A DNA stretch of 64,000 nt, taken from contig NC_092671.1 of the NCBI RefSeq assembly GCF_964355755.1, positions 33,304,304 through 33,368,303 of the forward strand, in the 5' to 3' direction. The stretch comes from Antedon mediterranea (Eukaryota > Animalia > Echinodermata). Of this stretch, positions 13,589 to 27,200 are shown one piece after another; the stretch's first letter is position 1, and every line of letters begins with the position of its first letter. The position numbers were made by a program, and so were the translations under genes. Below the pieces are notes generated by a model. It did no database searches and had not been told where the DNA came from. It worked only from the letters and a program-made list of their open reading frames with translations.

Positions 13589-13730
13589 CCTCTTTGGACA
13601 TCCCGACTTGCAGACATTTTTTCCATCGACATAGCTGGCATTGGTTTCTTGTGTATAAAGAGATATCGCATTGGCCTGTGTTTGAGCATGTGTAAGATTC
13701 ATGTTGCGTAAGACTACGTCGGAAGAACCC
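13589..13730 (-). CDS. Nuclear hormone receptor exon: second zinc finger of the DNA-binding domain (NR1-like)
   Basis: Manual translation gives GFFRRSLTQHESYTCSNTGQCDISLYTRNQCQLCRWKKCLQVGMSKE(G). Acceptor ttttgtag and donor G|gtaagt. 142 nt, phase 0 start and phase 1 end. Not in the ORF track. Confidence 0.97.
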
Positions 13731-15123
13731 CTACAAAACGAAACGAATCATGATAATTATTTTTCATAATCAAAATTCACAACCAATCATGAAAAATGGT
13801 CACATTTGCAAACCCTTTGGTGAAAATTATTGACATTGATTAAAAGGTACAAGTTGAAATGAAAAACTTGATCTCTTTATTGGATACTGGATAGCAGTAT
13901 TTACACTATATCTTTATATAAATTAGAACTAGTGAATTGTAACACAATATTAAAAGGAACACGCTGGAAGACCCTGATCTTGATTGGATAGTAGATATTT
14001 AAGATAAACTGTGTCTTTATTAGAATGAGTGAACTGAAACATATACCATGTAACAACAAGAACAAGTAATGAAGATTCTTAACTCATTTTTAGTAAAATT
14101 TAAAATACAGTTTATACTATGATATCTTTCTTTTTACAAATGCAACTTGCAAAATACATGATGGATATTACTATATTGTGCTTAGCCTTATAAACTAATA
14201 CTCAGACTTGGGAGTAGTCAAGTCCGTAGCCAGGCTTTTTATTAAAAGGTTAATTTTGTCCACAAAATTGGGATAAACAGGGAAACACACCACCAAGCTA
14301 TAGCTCCACTATAAAAAAAACCTGTGACATATCTACATGCATCTTACTTGAATCAACCTCGTTATATAGTTAAATAATTTGATGTCATAATACTTGACCA
14401 AATAGACAACAGAAGCACTAAAAAACAACACATATTCGAATGTCTTAATAGAAAACTCTAATGCAAGATCATCCTTCTTTGTGTGACATAGGAAATAATT
14501 GAAATAATGTTCTGCACTCATTTATGTGTGCTCTCAAAATAGTTTGTATCATTATTATGAGGTATTATTAAAATAATGATGTTATGTAAAAAGTACAAAA
14601 TGACCAGTTGTCTTAAATATTAATACCTATATTTTAAAAATAAATAAAAATGAATACGCTCAGGCCTGAATACGCTCAACATTTTGGAAGGCAAGAGTAG
14701 TGAGGATGGCTTCAAACTGTCATATCTGATTGACCGATTTATAATGCAGTAGATTGTCTGAATTTGAGGTAGTAATTTTTTCATTTAACTTTGTGGGAAA
14801 GGGCTAATGTCTGTTTACCAGGTAGCTAAAAAGAAAACAAAATAAAGACACTTCCTAGATTTCAACATAAAACACAAATATGTTTATAATATATAATTTA
14901 ACTCTGAAATTTGTTTACAAAACTAAAAGTGTCATGAGAAATAAAATTTATCTTGTTGAGATTTAATTGGGTTTAAGCATTTTAAACAAACAAACAAAAG
15001 CGTTTTGAAAATAACTTCATTGATTTAGAATTGAGAATATATTTGATTTTGCATTTCATATGCAGAGTAATATTTCACTGTCCACACTCAATCAGAGCTG
15101 CAGTGTCATTGGCTTTAATAATG

Positions 15124-15155
15124 AGGTCACTAGGTGACCTAGTTATTAAGGGTCA
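15124..15155. promoter_or_regulatory. Cluster of nuclear-receptor half-sites (DR2, IR5, RORE)
   Basis: AGGTCA-CT-AGGTGA (DR2, 1 mismatch), AGGTCA-n5-TGACCT (IR5), minus-strand TAACTAGGTCA (RORE consensus), and GGGTCA at 15150. Confidence 0.4.
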
Positions 15156-17939
15156 AACATTTTCCCACTTATGTTTATGAACCATAAAATCTGGAATGAC
15201 TGCATAACTATGGAACCATAGCCGCAGCCATCATATTATAATTTCATTTGTCTATTTCTAAAAAGTATGTTATGACTACAGTAATAATATAAAATAAGCT
15301 GTTTTCTTTAGTGTACCAGTTTGCGTGGTTGGATTGACTAACATTCAATCATAAATGAATTTTCTTTAATTATCTCACTAAAATATGAAAGATGGAAAAA
15401 TACTGCAAAGTTATTAATCTACAATCACCTTGCCGGAGTTCTGATCTATTTTCAAAATGAACTCTGTTACAGTTCTTTAGAAAAAAAAATTTTCAATTTA
15501 TGAAAAGATTCTCCTTGACTTCAGTGAGATGCGAGAAGAAGAAGAAGTTCGATCAGAGCCTAGAGGTACTTTACAGTTCAACAAGAACACTTTTTAAGAA
15601 GTTAATTATTATTTATCTAAAATAAACCATGCATGACCATTAAAGAAACAGCTAAAAAATGTATATAATTCTATATTTAATAATGTTTTTTTAATAATAT
15701 CTATAGACAATAATTCAGGAAATTCCTATTGTACTAAACTTGACCAAGCAAGAAAAATCAACCTGGTCGAAGGCTACAAACCACATTTTAAGTATACTAC
15801 TATATTTCTTTCATTTTAATTGTTTTAACTTTGGAGAATTTGAAAGTCATAACTAAAATAAATCGCAGATCAAATAACGAAAATGGTCAATGAATATCAA
15901 CCACATGTCATAGGCAATCAAATACATGCCCTAGTTCTCATGGCGACACTACCACCAGCGTATTAAAAAAGTAGTGCCAAAAGAAATTGTGCTGATGTTA
16001 AAGATATCTAGGTTCGTACATCGAGTGCGGCCTAGTTAATGTTGCACACTCAGACAATGATTTAGCAGAGATGAACGACGGAATTAGTCTTAACGGACCT
16101 TCAGCGTTCACCTGCCTTACCGTACAGAGTTATTTTCAATGTCATCACTATTGTGTTAAAACAATAATAAAGACAAAAGAAGTTTATGTTACAGTCCAGT
16201 GGTTGACAAATGATAATCTTTATAAAAAAATAAGATAAATTGCCTTTAAAATTATATATTATTTTAATTCTGTAATAACCAAACAAATTTAAAACTCTGG
16301 ATTAAGACATTGCTATGCGAATTGATAGCCACATTTATAATACCATCACTTATTTCCTAATTACAGCAATAAAGCGGAGTGGGCTTATAGTAATGATCTC
16401 TCCTATCCTATATAGGCTACTACTACTATTATTATTATTATTATTATTGTTATTGTTATTATTATTGTTATGTTGCCCTAGCAGAACATCAATAGAAAAA
16501 CAGGGTCCGTCCTGGTTAGGTTGTTTTTACTTTGTATTACAACAAAAACATGAATACTTGATAAAAACCTACAGTACTACTAGGTCAAAAGTCTAAACAG
16601 GAATTGAAAATGTTCTTTTTTTTAAATCCTCAATTATCAAAAATAGACCACCTACGATTTTCTCGAACTTTGGCAACATTTGTTAGCAAATACTTAGCAA
16701 ATAGTTTTCATGGTATTTTAATATAGAAGGTGTTTCTTCACAATTAACACAGTCCATCTCTCCATTTTGTTTCTTGGGTATTATGGTTATAAAACTTGGA
16801 AATATTATTAAAATCAAATATGTACCACTTTCCTATGCCAAGAAGTGATTATATACAGAGGAAAAATGAATATTTAAAACCTAATAAAATTAACAAATAT
16901 TTCTGTAAATATTGACTGAAGAATGACAACATTTGTCTGCAGGAGTACGCTATGGTGCGTATCCACGTTGACCATCATTTTGTTGCCAAATATTAGTGTC
17001 TTGTTCAAGTTCTGGTCGAGTCTTTTACACCAAATATTGAAGTGGCAAATATTGTTATTAGTGGCTTATCACATTATTTTCCAAAAAAATCTTTTGCTTA
17101 TAGTAAAGGCCTAAGTTACATTGCAATTTGAAAATCATTTCATGTTTATTTGGAAGAATGGAAATCTGTATTGCCCTTTGAATAGTTTCTACAGGAAGAG
17201 AGATATAGAGAAAGAGAGCGAAAAATGTTGAATTTGTGCCAAGTGATAAATGCCTAGAAATGAATTGATGCAATATAGATCTTGTCAAAGGCAACTCTCC
17301 TAGTAAACGTGTGTTTACTACTAAACCTGCAGTAACATATACTTTGCATTCATATCACATGAATCCTAGAATGTGACAGTCAACTCATATACTAAAACCC
17401 AAATTAAATTGGCACATTAATTTCGTTTATACAAATGCGTTCTTCAATAACCAAGAAACAAGTAGGTTTGTAAAATTAACGACAATAAACAATACAAAAT
17501 TACACTGCATTAATGCCTGTCAACGTGGCATGATTAATATTAAAAACATTTCTTACACCTAATTAAATGACCAGCAAGCCAGAGGAGGGAATGTTAAACA
17601 TAAATTATAGAAATTAATTCCTTACGGCTGTCCATACTACATGTCAATGTTGACTGATGGTGTTGGGCGGTAGTTTAACATACAGTTTCCTAATCTAGTT
17701 TTGAGCTTTCCTTTACAGAGTCAATATAAATATCTTCAGAGTTTTATTTTGTTGTTACTGACATGATTTATTTTTATCTTGGCAAGTTTTAAGTTGGAAG
17801 CTGATCATGGGATTTAGTATTAACAACAGGGCATTCAACTGTACGACATTAACTTGATGCATCTACTTGGAATAAGTCAATTATAATTTTACATAATTTT
17901 GGAAGGGTCACACTCTGTAAATGAAAAGAAATTATTCCT

Positions 17940-18160
17940 TAACTATGGACATTTAAATTTTCTAAAACAATAGCAATATAAATATAAAATGAAACAGGAT
18001 AACTGAATATAAATAGATGGATGACATTGAGAATTCAAGGATGGTGGTTTGTGGGGATGCTCTGACTTAAGGGCATAAGTAGTTTGTAGACTATACCATT
18101 TGTGGAGAGGGATGTTATATCTCACTCTTTGTCGGTTTATCCGGGTAAGCTAGGCATGAA
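17940..18160 (-). mobile_element. Highly degenerate CR1/L2-type reverse transcriptase fragment
   Basis: Minus-strand remnants RQRVRYN..L.KW followed by a frameshifted IPQ.TIL resemble the RT motif RQQRVR...GVPQGSILGP. Confidence 0.4.
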
Positions 18161-21100
18161 ACAGACAGAGAATTTGATGTTTCAATCATCAAGAATTAAT
18201 CTGATGAGATTGAATCATCTTTTGTCATACACTGTAAATTAAAATTGTCAACGAAAACATGAACATTATTTGAACTGACTAATGGGTGACTTTTTAAAAA
18301 AGGGTTGCATCTTTATTTGGAGTTTAAGCTTGTTTTACATAATATTGTTTTAACAGTATTGTTTGTAAACTGTTGACCTATAAGTAAGGTCACGGCAGAT
18401 GTTCATATTTTGACAACCATGATATGACATGACAACCGTGCATGGCCATGTATAATGCATAGTTTGTGGTGGTGTTACCACTTGGCCACAGCCACAAGTT
18501 TGGGCTCGAAGACAGGGCGATTAAAAAAATGGATAAAATTAATGTTATCAATATTTTTGTATATTCGTCTTTGTTTATGAAGTTAATTTATCATAAAAAT
18601 CAAGCCATAGGGTGTTAACTATACCTCTGGAAATGAAAGCGAACATAATGTTTATTTTCTCAACCCTGCTCTAAAAACATTGAATAATAGGCGGGTATGT
18701 AATATAAAACTGATCTGCGATCGATTCACCGCACCATTTGTATACCTGTGATATCTACCGAAATGCTTTGATATGAAAACAATAGATTGTATGCAAGTTC
18801 TTATTGATTGGGTTCACGGAATTAGGCCAAGTGTAAGATACCCATCCTGAGTTGCAAGATTTCGACAGGAAACTTTTAATGTCTTGTCGAGGTTGCTGGA
18901 ATCTCATTGCTAATCAGGTTGGAAATATTAAAAGGTGAGAAACTCAACAAATCCTGGCAATGAAATTACCAACAAGCGGGAAGGAAAGTTCACGGAAATA
19001 GGACAGTCCCATTGTTATTGATAAAATATCCCACTTTTGTAGGAGTAATGTTACAATCTAATTCTATTGTATAACAAACAGAACAGTGTGTACAAGAATT
19101 TCTATTTTCAAATGGGGCTTATATTTCTTTGTTGGTTTCTTTCCGTGACACAAACAGTTAAATTGTACATGAATATATAAATAGTAATAATATACAAAAT
19201 AAATCCCTGTTTTATTTGCTACAAATCTTAATACAATTTTCTATTTTTATAAATCAACACATAGAAATATAGAATAAGGTTTTCGTAAGTACTTTACTTT
19301 TCCTGCATAGGCAACACCCTATAAATGCAAACATAATGTTATTTGGGACACATTCCTATCCAAAAAAAAAAAAAACTACAACTAAATATACTATTTCTAG
19401 ATTTTTACTGAATAAAGAATATTAAAACATTAAATTTACATTTGTTTTTGTATTGAGCGCATGTTGTTTATTATAAATGCACTTAATTACAAAAAAAAAT
19501 ATGTATTTTTAAACATTATATGAAAACTTAATCTTGACATTGTATGCATTTAAAATAAACATTATTTTTTAAACATATTTTTGGGATGAATAATAAACAA
19601 ATTTTAATAATAAACATTATTTTGCAAAGAAAAATTAAAGTTTAATTACAATTGCCCTGTCAATCATACTGTAAATAATATTGTTACATTAGTTTGCTAG
19701 CGTACAGGGTCTTGAGTGGATTTTTAATGAATCAACATTACAATTGCATTGTACTGTAGACAGGGAAACTTGAAGATATGATGAAACACGAGCTTGTGTA
19801 TGTATCAAATGTACATAGGATTGTTATCAAGGCCTAGATAACTGCAAATTTCTAGGCCACATTGGTCCTTTAATCGATGGGTAGTAGTCACAAAACACAC
19901 TGTCGTCACATTACAGATAGATGTTTAAATTCTGGTTTTGCAGAGGAAAATTATTCTACTGCAGTTACTTTTTAAACTGCAGTCTGCAGTTACTTTTTAA
20001 ACTGCAGTCTGCAGTATCTACATTTTGTTTATTCTGTTCGTTCAATAATTTAGCAAGCTTGTTTTTTTTTGGTGGGGGAAGGGATGAGGAGCAGGGATAA
20101 TCATACACATTATTTATTGCAGTGATTGCCTTAAAACAGATAAATTTAAATTAATAGCAAAATTATGCACTGTTAGTTCAGTAATTGCAATAGAATAATT
20201 CTAAATAATGCCCCAAAATAAAAAAACAAATAGGAGACAGCAGGATATCAAACTCTGGCATAAAATAATGAAAACTATATTTCAAAACCTTTTTTTGAAA
20301 ATCATTTATTAATAGCTCACATATGTTTCTGATAAATTAATATTGTATGAAAAATTAATAAATAATTAAATAATATTGTGATAATAATTAATTTGTACCA
20401 AGAAGACAAAACTGAAACAAAATATATTTGAATATGATTAGTTAATTAAAAAAATTTGGTTTTTTTTGCATATGATTTTGAAAATGGTTCCATATTGGTC
20501 CTAAACTTTGATCTAGTATGTGCTTTGCTCAACACATTTTTATTTTAAATTATATATAATAAATATTTAATAAAGTTGTTTAATTCAATCAAGATATGTA
20601 TATTACATTTTAAAAATATGTAATTAGTATTTTATCTGGGAGGAGGAGCATACTAAATCAGTTAATCCTACAAGGGCGCTATCCAGCATGGCAACTGAAG
20701 TAGAAAAATTGGCTAATTTCCAGAACACTAAAGCTAAAATGTCAAATCGTCGAGGCTGATACAACATGGCGTATATACGTGACCAGTAACGAGCAAACAT
20801 AACGAAGATGAGTGAATGCTTTATTGCGGTCAGATTTCAGATCAAGAATGGGAAGTAATCCTAGAAATTTGACTCCCTTGGTGGCATGTCTGACCATTTA
20901 TTGTGCTGAAAATCAACGCAATTAAACTAGATTTATGGGAAGTGTGTTACTATTATTTCTGTATGTGCTTACAAGTGATGAAAATCCCTCCTACAACTAC
21001 TAAAGGCATGATAAAAAATAGAAACAGATTTCTCACTTATCTGTTTTCTCTTTGCCTAATGTTTCTCGTATGTAATGAGTTAATTTCATATGGCTTCAAG

Positions 21101-21558
21101 TAAGTTGGATACTGTATCCAGCTATACACTAGATGTCCACTATTCCATAGCATGATTAACCTAAATTAATCATATTTATTATGGTTTCTATTATTGTATT
21201 CAAATAAATTTAACATTCAAATATGAAAATGGAACATTTCATATTTTTTATAAATTCAATAAAGATGGACATTATTTAGTAGCAATTGATTAGTAGAAAG
21301 TCTTCAGTCTAGCATGTGTGATGCATGTGTGATGCATGTGTGATGTATGTATATGTTTTGTAAAATCCCGGATAAATTGAATTGAATTGAGTTGAAATTC
21401 TTCTAGGTCAGGCTAGACTAATTCCTACCCATCTAAAGTTAGCAGTAACAACCACGACACAAACCCAGGTAAATAACTTAAACCTATGCGGTTAGGTACC
21501 TTGTCCTATATTACTATTTGTGTGTAAACCTGTTGTTCGTTGATTTAAAAACAACATT

Positions 21559-21740
21559 AGGGTGCTTTCAATTTGCGACGATTTGCTTGTGCGCATGCGA
21601 AAATATTGGGACGCATGTCCTCACTCTTCACCTTAACACATGTTTGATGGTTTCTAAGTTTAGCGACGACCGACGACACACCAATTGACCTGACCTAGGC
21701 TGGTCGTCAGTCTTTGGTCGTCGCAAAGCGAAAGTTCCTA
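21559..21740. mobile_element. Short MITE with imperfect about 22-bp TIRs
   Basis: Left end agggtgctttcaatttgcgacga versus reverse-complemented right end aggaactttcgctttgcgacga. Confidence 0.6.
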
Positions 21741-22701
21741 TTGTATGATCCATTAAAAGCAATCATATTACTTTCCTTTGCATATAATAGCTATTGATCT
21801 TAAAGTGGAAAACAAAATTGTTTATTGGTGAAAAAAATGTACCCTGGACCTACTGTTTATCAGACAAAAGAGTTCTAAAACCTGAACCATGGTTTGGCTA
21901 CAATTCTATATGCTAAAGGATGTGGTTCCTTTATTAAACGCTGAGTCGTTGACTTTGTAAAATAATATAGTGTTCATTAAGAAACAAATCAATCAAATTA
22001 TAAATAAATAAACATATAAATCAAAATATAAAATTAATTGATTTATATTGAGCAACTTTAGAAAAAATTTGAATGGAGAATATAAATCAAAATGGTTGAT
22101 GCATGTCTATCATCAGTTTACTGTGTTGCTGGTTTCTGCTGTTAAAATGGCAAAATAGTAAATAAAAAATGACAGAAAATACATAATATAATAATGCACA
22201 GCAGATGGAACATTTTATTTTTGTCTGGAATAACTTTCCCAATAAAAACCTCCTCAAAAGGCTAAATGTACTTTTTCTATTAATATAACCCCCATGAATG
22301 CTAGTTTTTATTTCCAATCTGTTAGTGTTGGCTAGAGAAGTCTTGAGGCAGCCGATTGATTTAAAATGACATGATGCATCGAGTTGTTGATATGTTTGTA
22401 CACTTAATTCATTAGTAGTCCAAAAATAACTGTGTCAGGGGAGAACATTAATTCTTGTTTCACTAAAAAGGGGCAAAACCAAAGGAAATTATCTGTTAGT
22501 GTGAATATCGCCATTGAAAACATCAAAATTAGGCATCCTTAAAAGAGAGAGAGAAAATGAGATGGCGCTATGGTATGATTTACAAAACAAAAACCTTGAA
22601 ATTGTGATTTGTGTATGCACATTAGGAAAAAGTGGTCTATTCTTATTGACTCATCCTTCGAAATAAAGCAGTGGTTCAAATCGGTAGACTTGGTAGAGTA
22701 T

Positions 22702-24292
22702 GGGTTTCATAAAAAATAACCGGTTAAAATCGGTGTGAATAAATTAAAATCGGTGTGAATAAATTAACTCCATTTTATTGGCAGCAGAAACAGGACAAAT
22801 TTGTGGTAACCGGTTAAAAGGCAGCGCAAAATAACCGGTTAAAAACAACAATTTAAATCGGTGTTAGAACGCCGTTTCACCGGTTATCGCTGAACAATTC
22901 TTAGCTGCAACACGAAATAACGGTTATTTGATTGACAGTTGACCGTCGCATACGGTGTGTGTTTTCCTCGTGGTTTTGACAGTCGAACGAAGAAGTGAAC
23001 ATGTATGTGGATGAATGAAAGAACAAGATATGTTATTCAGTTGTGGGGGGGGGGGGGGGAGAGAAAGTACGGGGAAGGATGGCAGGCAATAGAAAAGAAT
23101 CACAGATAATAAATAAGAGCATTTTTGCGAAAGTAAAAGAGGAATTTGGGGTGGAGTTCCGGGGACTACCCAAGCTAAGCAATTTGAGGCGTTAGTACAC
23201 GCTCACGAAGGGTATGGATGGTCCTATATAAACACCAAAACGGAAACAAAAGGGACTCAGAATGTTGCAAATACCTACCAAACGATAGATAATGGTTAAT
23301 TAATTATGAAAACCCAAATTTTATAGCAAAAATCATCCGAATTTATGTTATAAACAATGAATTTAGCAACAAAAACTTAATCCAAACGAGCGTATTTATG
23401 GCACGCCCTTAGTGCCTTTAATAGGAGAACAATGAACAATCTTAATTTGATCGTTTTATATAATTTTTTTAGAAAAACATCACATCGACCGAAAACAAAG
23501 GTTATGAGAGCCTTTGATAATATATTAAATATGATTTTATTAAGCGTAGAAATGTGTTATTATTTATGTTAGTACATAAATATACGAAACAATGTTTAAT
23601 ACTCATTATTCTATTAAAGGCACTATGTGCGTGCGATATTCTATGACTTGGATACTCTCGTTTGATTTAAGTTTTTGTGGCTAAACTCGTCGTTTTTAAC
23701 ATAAATTCGGACGATTTTTGCTATAAAAGTTAGGGTTTCATAATTAATTAACAATTATCTACTCTCGTTTGGTAGGTATTGCAACATTCTAAGTCTCGTT
23801 TTTGTTTCCGTTTGGTTTTTTGTAGGACCGCGCTCGCGAAAGACAACAGTCGTTCACGTGGGAAGGGCCGTATCATCATCGCCTTTGTTGAGGATTTTTA
23901 GGCTAGATAAAAATTATCCTAGGCGATCTGGCGCTGCACGACCCTCCCCATGTTATTGAAGGCGCCATGAGAATTAATTTTAATAGCGATATAGTAAGTA
24001 GGCTTTACAAAAAACAAAACTTGTAGACCTGTAGACAACATTTTTGAGATGTTCGGCGATATACACACGTGTGTACTGACGACGTCGATGTAAACAAACA
24101 GCCAACTTACTACTTCCGTCTGAGTGTATTGCATTTTGGGTAATGATGACGTTTTGCTCGACGACCACCCATAGATTTAACCGGTTATTTCGGAGCACAA
24201 ATTGAGCAGAAACGCGGTCTTGTTATTGTTATCTATTTTTAATCTATTTTAAAATAACCGGTTAAATTGCGTTATGCAGCAGAAACAGACCC
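22702..24292. mobile_element. PIF/Harbinger-like non-autonomous element, long copy
   Basis: Right TIR TTATGCAGCAGAAACAGACCC. The left TIR is partly deleted. Both terminal regions are near-identical to 58626-59150, with AACCGGTTA subterminal repeats. Confidence 0.85.
23220..23829. mobile_element. Foldback-type element with about 200-bp imperfect inverted arms nested in the Harbinger-like copy
   Basis: 23220-23425 (ggtcct...agtgcctttaatag) is the reverse complement of 23611-23829 (ctattaaaggcact...aggacc). Confidence 0.8.
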
Positions 24293-27200
24293 ACAGAGAC
24301 AATTTAATTTATTCGAGTCAGCAAGTGAGATGGAAAGTTACATTGATAAGATAAGTAGGGCCGAGACACATGCCAATGGGCCATATAAAAGATGAAAAAA
24401 TGAAGCGAAATATTTTTATTATCAAATCTAATGAACTCTTAGAGAAATGAAACGGAGAAAAAAGCGTCAATAACACCATTATCTTCGTGATGAGAATTCC
24501 GTTGAACTATGTTGCACGCAATATTGTTATCATGTGGCACGTCAACCGGGTCGATTAAGCTGAATTCAAATAGTTAAATAAAAAACAAAACGGCCAAACA
24601 TGCGCATACTCTTGTATGGATTAAAGGCACTTCATAAATTTTGACGTACCAGCGAGCTGAATAACCAATAAAAATGCTGATTTTTATGTAATTTTCTCCT
24701 CGTAACACAAATCTTAAGGGAATAATCAAGTAGAGAACTCTCAGCAGTAATGCTACTGTGGTGACCTACATGTGCAAGTTAGATACATAAAAATGATGTA
24801 GGCCTGATGCTAGTAAATTTCGTTCACCAAAAAAGGACCTACATTCCCTAATAACTACGCTTGCTTCATGTAAATTGTTCACGAAAATCATTAATCATAG
24901 GTAATTGCTGTGGCCTACATTTAAAAGCCAGTTCTAAAAAAAAACTTTGTAAAGTGAATAAGAATACGCAAGCAGAATGTAAGCCAGGACTACGTTCCCG
25001 ATAGTCTTGTTTTCGTTCTGCAGGCAGAATACGCTTTTAATATCCCTTTGCCCTGCTCGCCATACATGCAGCCAGTTTACTGAACAGAAAGAACTTTTTT
25101 TACAGTTACTGCAGGCACAAATCGCATTCTTAATGCCTTTAATGTCTTTTTTCCCTATCACGATACATTACGGCCCAGTTTTTCCACACAAATAAAACCT
25201 GCTAGAGGGGCTGATATGTTTAATTCTCGGTTTTGAGTACTACATTTTTTTCACATAAACCGATAGCTAGGCATTATTGCGAGACATTCCAAAAAGATCA
25301 ACATCAAATCCGGTATCATTTTGTGACTAAGATTACATTGCGAATGCCCTTGTTCATTAGTGATTGGAATTTAACTGATAGTTTCGAGAGATGACTACCA
25401 CAAGTTCAATTTAAAAAGGATTGTAAAGTAATTTAGCAACAAATGGAATTGTTTTGATTTGAAATGGTCATGACAGCAGCTAGACTGTCTCTGATCATCA
25501 TTGCTCACATTTGCATACAAGATAAATCTATTATCATTGTTATATAATTATAAACATTCCTAACAAAAAATAGTATATAATTAGGAATGTAAGGACTGGT
25601 GCAGATGCAGTATTGTTAAACTACTGAGATTTCTCAAGATTTTTTGGCAAATGTGCATTAACTACAACAGTAGAAATGACTATAATTGTTATGTGTTTAA
25701 ATATTAAATGTAAATATGTTTGTATGATGTAGTTTGTTTAAGAGGATATTAGCCTTTGATGGCATTTGCAGCAATAAATTGAATTTAATTGAATTTAATT
25801 ATAAAAAAATGTAATATACAGTAGTATCCTGAATAAGGAAAAAAAAATTGTCCCCTTAATAGGGGTTTTTCTCAGGAAAAATCAAAAACAAATTGAACAA
25901 TAATTGATCTGGACTCAAGAAATTGAAATGTTGTTTTTGTTATGAAAATACAATATTGTTCCCTTAATTAATAGGGGTTGTATCAACCATACAATCAAAG
26001 GTGTCATTGTCCCCTTAATAGGTATCTATTAAGTAGGGGTTGGCTATATTGTTAAAACATATGATATCCTTTAAATGTTTTGTTTGTCATGTGGACACCA
26101 TTAGACCAAGTTTTTGATAGTACAGCATGTTCAAATATGATTAGAAATCCACATTTATGGTATGCAATATAGTAAAACAAAATAATGTTTTATACAACTT
26201 GAATACAAACTTCATATTGATAATTAATATAAAAGAAATATTTTTTCATTAGAAAGCAATTTCCGTCTTTATCTCAATTTTATTTATTGATTGACAAAGT
26301 TTAATTTAAACATAACCAACTGATAATTAATATCATAAAAATTATGTAAGTTATCTAACAATTTTGTATTTATTTTAAAATGTTATTTATAGATCCTTCA
26401 GTTCTGGAAGGCCATTTACCATATTTTTTTAGAATCTAAATCATTGGGTACAACGTTATGGAGAACAGACTTAACTCGATTTTAACCTATTCCCCTTTCA
26501 TTTAACCCGATGTTCTAGATTTAACTTAAATTAGACAGGCTAAAATTTTCTCCTTTTTATCCCTTACCCCCAATTTTCCCTTATTCCCTAATCAATCCCA
26601 CATGTATCCGGAACATCATTCCCAGTCACCCTTTCTTCTTCAATGTTCCCCTACGTCCCTAATCAATCCCGACATAAATCAGTCCCAAGCTTATTCAAAT
26701 TTGTATTTATCAGAGAAAAACGCTAATGTGTTGAGTTAAATATTTAGAACAGGTTGCAAATGTAGGCTATGTCCATGCCAGGGTGAATGTAAATGTGTTG
26801 CCAACTGACGTATATGACCTTTGACACATCAAAAATGATATGATGAATCATGTGTGGAGAAAAATGACATAGTTTGTGCTCCTTTATTTCTTATAATTGC
26901 TTTTTCTTGTCATTATTATGATATTAACAGCTTTTAATGTAACTGATATTAAACATTAGGAAAAACGTAAATTTAATGAAATCTATAAGCAATAAATCAA
27001 ACGTACATAGTGTATTAGGATTTTCACTTTGTTCATTGGAATGGACAATGTGAATATTAATCAAACATATTAATTGTTTTAGCAAATTAACTTGTATTAA
27101 CGAAAAAAAAAATTTGTTTGTTTACATTATAAAAAAGAATACTATTTATATTGTACAGAGAATGAATGCAATAATAATTTATAGCACGATGCTTATCCAC

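Noticed and set aside
18374-18392. Everted repeat TGACCT-n7-AGGTCA as a hormone response element
   Set aside because: The flanking sequence resembles TGACCT-rich interspersed repeats, so a TE origin or chance is more likely.
23919-24198. Similar ORFs here and at 58823-59053
   Set aside because: They reflect two copies of the same non-coding MITE.
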